64,000 nucleotides of DNA from Octopus vulgaris (Eukaryota): positions 43,834,001 through 43,898,000 of the forward strand of contig OX597833.1 of assembly GCA_951406725.2 (NCBI GenBank), in the 5' to 3' direction. Below, in pieces: positions 1-64,000 of this stretch. A program made the position numbers and the translations under genes. Each line of letters opens with the position of its first letter. Positions within the stretch are counted from its first letter, which is position 1. The notes under the pieces were generated by a model. The model was not told where the DNA came from and did no database searches. It was given only the letters and a program-made list of their open reading frames with translations.

Positions 1-142
1 AACAACATGGACAATGCCTTAGAGTCAAATGATTTAACTCTAGCAATTGTATGGAATGAACAGAAGAAATTCCTGCAGAAACAAAACTTCATTCTAATTT
101 TACCCAATATAGTGACAAAAAAAAAATGTTCATTAATAATAC

Positions 143-318
143 CACCACCGCCGCCGCCGCCGCCACCACCACCACCATCACAACCGCCGCCGCTGCCGCG
201 ACCACCACAGCCAAAACCACCACCACCACCACAATCGCCGCCACTGCCACGACCACCACCGCGACCACCACCGCCGCCGCTGCCGCCGACGCCATCATCA
301 ATCAAAACAACAACAATG
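143..318. repeat. Compound (CCA/CCG/CAA)n trinucleotide repeat
   Basis: Direct reading; explains the poly-Pro/Thr/Ala ORFs. Confidence 0.9.
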
Positions 319-518
319 GCAACAATCTCTTCACATTCCTATCTCGTCAGAGCATCAAACGGAAGGGCTAAAGCTCTTCAGAGCCAAGAACCGAGCCTTG
401 CACGCAGTCACTCAAATTGCAAGAAATGATAGCTCATTGCCTGAAAAAATAAAATAACACATTAGGTAAATAAAATCCCACATATAATACACCTAAAGTC
501 GGATGCTGAATCTTTATT

Positions 519-936
519 GGATCTTTTCGGTTTGAACGGCAGTATTTTAAAATAATTTCCACGTAACTAAACACTTTTAAACTTCGTATACTGGTAGAAT
601 GTGTTTACAAAACATCTTTTTCTGTTGGCTTTATTGAGAAAATTCTATAGTTTGTGAGATATTTGTTGTTTTTTTTCTTCAATTTCTGCAATTTCAACCA
701 ATCAGTGACGTCTATTGGGGTGAAAACATTCTGTGCCGTATGAATCTGTCCCTCGTTTAAGAAACCGATTGGGTTTATTTACATTTCTGAAGAAAAAAAG
801 ATACCCTTCCCTCCAACCCTAACCCTAACCCTAAAACAGATTGAAATGCAATAGATCGACACTAGGGTCATAATTATGGGTGAGAATTTCATATGACACC
901 GCTAGAAAAAAACTGCCGTTCAAACCGAAAAGATCC
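519..936. mobile_element. MITE with GG..CC termini and 8-bp TSD (Merlin-like), internal (CCCTAA)3
   Basis: TIR GGATCTTTTCGGTTTGAACGGCAG / CTGCCGTTCAAACCGAAAAGATCC; TSD tctttatt at 511-518 and 937-944; second copy at 21768. Confidence 0.85.
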
Positions 937-1135
937 TCTTTATTTACTGTTATATAGAAAGTGCCTCTCTCTTCATCAGTTATCCTACTCTTTGATCTAG
1001 CATTCCAGTGATCGGTTATGAGTTCTTATTCTGTCCACAAAATTATTTTATAAACAAAAATACTTGAAAATATTCGTGTCTGTATGCATACATACATACG
1101 TACATGCCTACATATATTAAGATCACATACATTAA

Positions 1136-1550
1136 GGCGGCGTGCTGGCAGAAACGTTAGCACGCCGGGCGAAATGCTTAGCGTTATTTCGTCTGTTGTT
1201 ACGTTCTGAGTTCGAATTCCGCCGAGGTCGACTTTGCCTTTCATCCTTTCGGGGTCGATAAATTAAGTACCAGTTACGCACTGGGGTCGATGTAATCGAC
1301 TTAATACCTATGTCTGTCCTTGTTTGTCCCCTCTGTGTTTAGCCCCTTGTGGGTAATAAAGAAATAGGTATTTCGTCTGTCGTTACGTTCTGAGTTCGAA
1401 TTCCGCCGAGGTCGACTTTGCCTTTCATCCTTTCGGGGTCAATAAATAAAGTACCAGTTTCGCACTGGGGTCGATATAATCGACTTAATCCGTTTGTCTG
1501 TCCTTGTTTGTCCTCTCTATGTTTAGCCCCTTGTGGGTAGTAAAGAAATA
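1136..1550 (+). mobile_element. tRNA-derived SINE family A, head plus two tandem bodies
   Basis: GCTGGCAGAAACGTTAG A-box-like, GAGTTCGAATTCC B-box, GCCTTTCATCCTTTCGGGGTCGATAAA core; internal junction at 1366/1367. Confidence 0.85.
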
Positions 1551-2155
1551 TATATACATACATTCACGCGCGCACGTATATGATAGTGGGTTCGATACTC
1601 AGACCGAGCGGCGCGTTGCGTTTTTGAGCAAAATACTTCATTTCACGTTGGTCCATTGGGGAATGTTGGCCTGCTCACCTAGCCAGTGGAGTGGCATCAT
1701 TCAAAGGCTAAAATGATGCAAAAGAGGATTGTGACCAGCGATGTGTAACAACACCTGATAATCTGGTCGGCCACATGATCACGTGACACACACACATCCT
1801 ACTCTTCTATGGGTACAAGGCCTGAAATTTGGGAACAGGGGTTAGTTGATTATATCATTACAATGCTCAACTGGATAATCTTCATTGCAAGGACTCTTAT
1901 ATAGCAGAACAAGTTGATGTCAGTCCCACTCTAGCAACATGCCAAAAACCAACATAGAGGCACACTGGGTCAACTTGACATCCGCATTTTATCCAAGCAC
2001 CTGAAGGACCCAAAACTCAGACAAATACAGGAGGACATCCTCATAAATGAAACATCATCAGTACTAAATAGAAAATATACGTAGGAGGTAGTCATACCCC
2101 AATACCCACAGTTTATATATACACAGGTAGAGTTGTTGGTAGACTGTTATGTAGA

Positions 2156-2203
<48 letters not shown>

Positions 2204-2220
2204 TGTGTCCACCCCACCAT

Positions 2221-3434
2221 CAGGCATTGTCAAAAATGCATTGCAGAGCTTGCAATAAATTTATTTCGTTGCAATGAATTTATTGCATTTTATTTTTTTT
2301 TTTTGCAATAAATTAATTGCAATTTTCTTTCATCGCAATAAATAATTGCAATAAATTGCAATGCTCTTCAGAAAATCCCCTTGTAAAATTTTTACGCACC
2401 CAAAAATGTCATTTTTTTTTTCAAAAATAACAGTACATTTATAAAGAAAGCTCAACTTTCTCAATTTTGATTGATCTATTTCTTTGCTGTCCGAAAGATG
2501 TTTGGATCACTTACAATTTTTCTAAAAATTCTTACACCGCCTGCCAGAATGACAAAATCGACTACCAATGTGTGATATGAACTAGGATGGAAAAACGTAC
2601 CTACAACGCTCCCCTTAGGGCCCATACCACCCCAATCAAGACAGAAAAAACGTATGATGGGAAGAGGACAATTTTATACTATTAGCAATTAAAATGAGTA
2701 TGCATTTAACAATTTACATGAGGGGATTGGATGAAACGATACGCGAAACAAGTTCGTTATCCCAAAGATGGTCATATACTCTTAAAAACAGTTGCATCTC
2801 CAGATATATGGGTGATAATTGATGTCTTGTATCATCGAAGGCATTCGCTGGTAGACTGAAGAACCTTTCAACCAAGTTAGCCGTTGGCAAAATGAATGCT
2901 TGGCAGAAATGTTAGCACGCCGGGCGAAATGCGTAGTCGTATTTCGTCTGTCGTTACGTTCCGAGTTCAAATTCCGCCGAGGTCAACTTTACCTTTCGTC
3001 CTCTCGGGGTCGATAAATTAAGTACCAGTTACGCACTGGGGTTGATATAATCGACTTAATCCCTTTGTTTTGTCCCCTCTGTGTTTAGCCCCCTGTGGGT
3101 AGTAAAGAAATAAATATAACGTGGTTGGCTAGCACCCATCTCGCTTCGATGCTTTTTGAGGACATTGCAAGCGAAGTTGTCCGATTCATCGTCCAAAACC
3201 GTTTCTTGTTCTGGTATATTGGGCAGCTTTAAGGTTACAACAGATTCCTTTTCATCTGCAGCCAGCTGAGTGGCTTTTTGATTTTGTATTTTTACCGAAG
3301 ACTTCTTGAACAAAGGGAATTGGATTGCAATTGCAATTTTCGCAATAAATTATTGCAATTGAAAAGAGCTTAGCAGTAAATTTATTGCAATTATTGCAAT
3401 CAATTTTTGACCAATTAATTTTTGACAACCCCTG
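2221..3434 (-). mobile_element. Non-autonomous hAT element with transposase C-terminal relic, containing a SINE-A insertion (2901-3112)
   Basis: TIR CAGGCATTGTCAAAAAT / ATTTTTGACAACCCCTG; 8-bp TSD cccaccat at 2213-2220 and 3435-3442; TTGCAAT subterminal repeats; minus strand reads FILPTANLVERFFS...RHQLSPIYLEMQLFLR (hAT dimerisation-like). Confidence 0.85.
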
Positions 3435-3843
3435 CCCACCATTGCTTGACAACCGTTGTTGGTGTGTTTACGTCCCCGTAATTTAGCACTTCGGCAAAAG
3501 AGACCGGTAGGATAAGGACTAGGTTTACAAAGATTAAATTCTTGGTCGATTTGTTCGACTAGAGGCGGTGCTCCTGCGTGGTCACAGTCAAGTGATTGAA
3601 ACAAATAAAAGAATATATATACACATACACAACGAACTGCGTTCAGTTTCCGTTTACCAAATCCTATCACAAGGTTTTGGTCAACTCGAGGTTATAGTAG
3701 AAGACACTCGCCTAAGGTGCCACGCAGTGGAATTGAACACGGAACCATGGGACTGGGAAGCAAGCTTCTTAGCACGGTTACGGGTTCAGTCCTACTGCGT
3801 TGCACATTGGGCAAGCCATAGTCTACCGTCGTATTTCTATCTA

Positions 3844-4292
3844 CCGTAAATCCTCAAATATAGTCCGCCCTTGAGTATAATACGCACCCCTTCTCTTACT
3901 TGAGTCGTGCGTAGTTAAGCCAGCAGCACCTAGTCGAACAAACACTTCCGCGCATGCGTAATACAATAATGATGTTCTTAACTGTTATATGGGAATGTAA
4001 ATATGTTTGCAAATTGTTTTTGCTACATGTTATTCAGTGTTCTGAATAATTTTATTTTAATAAATGTTGCTTACTGCAAGTTATGGGTGGGTTTTTTATG
4101 ACTTCATTGCTTTCAGGCTTAGCTTAATGTATTTTCGCGCCCGGCACCACAAAATGCATCTGAATAAACATCGCCGGACAGCAAATAGAGACTCAAACAT
4201 TGCTTCGAAAATATTTTTCATTTTTAACCTCGTATATAGTACGCACTAGGGATTTTGGGGAAAAAATACGGATTATACTCGAGGATTTACGG
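3844..4292. mobile_element. Tc1/mariner-superfamily (pogo/Tc2-like) MITE
   Basis: TIR CCGTAAATCCTC..TA.TCCG / CGGATTATACTCGAGGATTTACGG flanked by TA on both sides. Confidence 0.75.
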
Positions 4293-4339
<47 letters not shown>

Positions 4340-4784
4340 GCACATGTCTGTACATACATACATATACGTGTATGTGTGTGTGTGTGTGTGCATGCGTGTG
4401 CCTATGTGTGTGAGCGCGCGCATATTCGAAAACGCGTGGCCTAGTGGTTAGGGTGCCCACTCGCCCACGATCGCAGGATCGTGGATTCGATTCCCTCACC
4501 GGCGACGCGTTGTGCTCTTGAGCAAAACACTCCATTACAGGCTGATCCGGAGCACTCCGGCGTTCCGTTCATTGAATATGTTAAACTGTCCGCCTAGCCA
4601 GCAGGGTGGTATCGTTCGAAAGCTGCAACAACGTGCATTGTGTTAATAAGGGCGAGAGGTTGCGAATCTGAAAATTTACCGTTGCGTTTTCTCCCTAAGT
4701 ATATGGGTACCTAAAACAATTTCCGAAGGCTTAATCTCACAAGCTGTTAAATATGCCAACATCGACTGCGAGAGTTCAGCAATA

Positions 4785-5088
4785 GGATCTTTTCTAAAAG
4801 AAGGCCAGATTTTTCTAGTTAACTAAACAATTTGAAACTTCGTATACTTGTAGAATGTATCAAAAGAAAACATAATTGTAAACCAAAATAAAAACGGAAT
4901 TGTAATTTCTAAGTTTAACGTTGTTTAATAATTCGAATTTTAACCAATGGTATTCTTTGTTTCGGCCGGATCTTTTCTATAAGAAGGCCAGATTTTTCTA
5001 GTTAACTAAACAATTTGAAACTTCGTATACTGGTAGAATGTGTCAAAAGAAAACATAATTGTAAACCAAAATGAAAACGGAAAGATCC
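4785..5088. mobile_element. Merlin-like MITE relative with internal tandem duplication
   Basis: GGATCTTT...AAAGATCC termini; 8-bp TSD cagcaata at 4777-4784 and 5089-5096; unit repeated at 4785 and 4968; shares AAACTTCGTATACTGGTAGAATGTG with the 519-936 element. Confidence 0.75.
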
Positions 5089-5098
5089 CAGCAATAGT

Positions 5099-5330
5099 TA
5101 TTTCTTTACTACCCACAAGGGGCTAAACATAGAGAGAGGACAAACAAGGACAGACAAACGGATTAAGTCGGTTATATCGACCCAGTGCGTAACTGGTACT
5201 TAATTTATCGACCCCGAAAGGATGAAAGGTAGAGTCGACCTCGGCGGAATTTGAACTCAGAACGTAATGCCAGACGAAATACGGCTCCGCTTTTCGCCCG
5301 GCGTACTAACGTTTCTGCCAGCTCGCCGCC
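5099..5330 (-). mobile_element. SINE family A, full length
   Basis: Reverse complement of the family A copy at 1136. Confidence 0.85.
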
Positions 5331-5399
5331 TTAGTATAGTATAGTATAGAGCAATAGTATCGAACAGGGGCCTAACAAATTAAAGCACTCAGCCATCCT

Positions 5400-5743
5400 A
5401 ACGTCATAATAACATACACCCCCAACCACCACATGTATGTGTGTGTGTGTGTGTGCGTGAACAGACAGACAAGTATTTATTGATATAAGCGAATAGAAAA
5501 CAAGATGTGAGATAATAATAGATTGAGAGGGGAAACGAAGGAACGGTCAGGCAGCTTGAGGTTGTGAGACGCCTGTTCCGTAAGTCTTGGCCTATCACAA
5601 ACGATAATTTGCTGATTAACATTATATAATAGGAGAATTAGGTGACAGTGTAAACATTATCTGAAATACAGCCGTCACATCAACTACTACCGCAAACAGC
5701 AGCGTGTAATTAACATTCACCATCGTAAGCTATTCTCCGTAGT
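5400..5743 (+). promoter_or_regulatory. Probable promoter/5'UTR of the ABCC gene
   Basis: Mostly unique, relatively CpG-retaining sequence directly upstream of the first coding ATG; TSS not determinable. Confidence 0.4.
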
Positions 5744-62151
<56,408 letters not shown>

Positions 62152-62573
62152 GTGAGTATGAAGTAAACTACTTTATATTTTGTATCAGCTTAACCATTAC
62201 TAAACCCCACTGTCAATTATATATTGAAATTTTCCTTTTGGTATCACATTGCACCTAGCTGTTTATATTAAGTTCTTGTATATGCAATAGCATTCCACTA
62301 AATCATCCATACATTTTTATGGTAAATATATATATATGCTGACAGGCAGAATTAGCCAAACATATGCCATTCGAGCAGTCCTCACTGATGATGTCTATGG
62401 ACTAGATGAACCTAGACGTTGAGTATGAAGATTCTCAAGTCGGCATGGGGTGGTTGCCTCCCCTGCACTCTTCCTACAGCATTAAAAGTATTTTAACTCT
62501 TATTTCTAGCAACTTAGTGACAACTGCATTTTTCCTTTATGGTATCATATTGTACCTAGCTGTTTATATTAAT

Positions 62574-62632
<59 letters not shown>

Positions 62633-62701
62633 AATATTAGGGAGTATAACTCCAAACTTACAGGAAAAAATTCAATTTAGTATTAAATCAAATTTCACAA
62701 T

Positions 62702-62995
62702 ATAAATTAGAGATAAAACCACTATTATGCAACTCAGTGATAGACATAAACCAAAACATAAATAACAAATAATATATATTTTTATAAAATATATAACTTA
62801 TAACTAGATCTCAAAAAGTATAAAAATGAATGATCAATATATAATAATTAATAATTAATATTATATATTGATCATTCATTTTTATACTTTTTGAAATCTA
62901 GTTATACGTTTTATAAAAATATATGTTATTTGTTATTTATGTTTTGGTTTATGTCTATCATTGTTTGAGTTGCATAATAGTGGTTTTATCTCTAA

Positions 62996-63000
<5 letters not shown>
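62702..63000. repeat. About 300-bp near-perfect palindrome between (TA)n tracts
   Basis: ATAAATTAGAGATAAAACCACTATTATGCAAC... mirrored by ...GTTGCATAATAGTGGTTTTATCTCTAATTTAT. Confidence 0.85.
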
Positions 63001-63040
<40 letters not shown>

Positions 63041-63127
63041 TATTAGAGACAAAACCACTATTTTGCAAAACAAACAAGGAAAGACTTAATCAATACATAA
63101 AATTTTAATAAATAGTCAAAAAAACCG

Positions 63128-63170
63128 CCACTACAATTGTTTCTTGTCTTGATCGACAATCTTCAGGTGG
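63128..63170 (-). ncRNA. Intact minimal type I hammerhead ribozyme motif
   Basis: Minus strand CCAC-CTGAAGA-TTGTC gatcaa GACAA-GAAAC aatt GTA-GTGG; all core nucleotides canonical. Confidence 0.8.
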
Positions 63171-64000
63171 ACTTCCAATCTAAAATATCAATATTTTAAA
63201 ATATAAAAATAATAATTTTAAAATAATTAAAGTATGAATGAAAAAATATAAATATATAATCCATATATAACCTATATATAATCCATATATAATCAATATA
63301 TAAACAATATATAAACTAAAATAAACCTATCAACAATTAAATATAAAATATAAAATATAAAATATAAAACAAAAGAAAATAATAATAATATAATAATAAA
63401 CTATATATACACCCATACACATATACCTAATTATATATAACCATATCTAACTACATACACTAAATCACACACCTATATATATATCCCTATACATACACAT
63501 AAAAACGTCTAGGCAACTATAAATAAATAAAATAGCTAAATACTTCAACACAAAACTTATTCATACTCCCACACACACACACATACAACCCACATTCACG
63601 CTCTAGAAAACGGACATCACTTAAAATTATGAACGGAGAAATGGAATAAATGGAATTAAAAATTATATTCACTTGGTAAAACGAACACTACTTAAAAATT
63701 ATGAATGAAACAATGCAATAAAACAACAGACATCGCAAATAGACACAAATTACTACGAATTCCTTAACAAACCTACCATGATAAACCAAAACTCATAAAA
63801 ACATATAATGATAAAATCTCCCTTTACTAAACTCTATAACATACCTATATAGCAATCCCCCTAACCTAAACATTCACATACAAATACACACACATAAACC
63901 ACACACCCACGACATATACAAATACCCACACCACTTACACATACCTATACATACATATAAACCTCAACATATACTCCAAAAACCCACTCAACCCCACACA

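Noticed and set aside
7-429. Poly-proline ORF resembling a formin FH1/extensin
   Set aside because: Produced by a CCA/CCG trinucleotide repeat; no domain context or convincing splice sites.
815-834. Interstitial telomere or chromosome fusion scar
   Set aside because: Only about three units, and present inside both copies of a MITE, so carried by the element.
1880-2080. Possible Penelope GIY-YIG C-terminal relic (also about 10300-10570 and 36480-36800)
   Set aside because: Only vague motif similarity by eye; needs an HMM search.

Overview
AT-rich, repeat-dense animal genomic DNA. The SINE families and microsatellite load look like an octopod cephalopod (inference). One long intron-rich gene dominates the window: a long-form ABCC/MRP1-like ABC transporter on the + strand. 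I traced 22 coding exons by hand from ATG 5744 to 62151. They splice into a continuous 3300-nt (1100-codon) frame covering TMD0, L0, TMD1, NBD1, the linker and the start of TMD2, and the gene continues past the window end. Introns and the upstream region are filled with at least five SINE-like families, CR1-, RTE- and Penelope-like retroelement fragments, mariner/Tc1, hAT, pogo-like, piggyBac-like and Merlin-like DNA elements, a Helitron, a minisatellite and many microsatellites. The most notable unannotated signal is a set of short non-coding elements lodged in or beside (TA)n tracts, often folded back as long inverted repeats. These carry minimal type-I hammerhead ribozyme motifs, several in sense orientation inside the ABCC pre-mRNA. 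Splicing oddities include a GC-AG intron, a NAGNAG acceptor and an exon whose first bases recreate the upstream donor (recursive-splice-like). All calls are by eye; no database searches were run.
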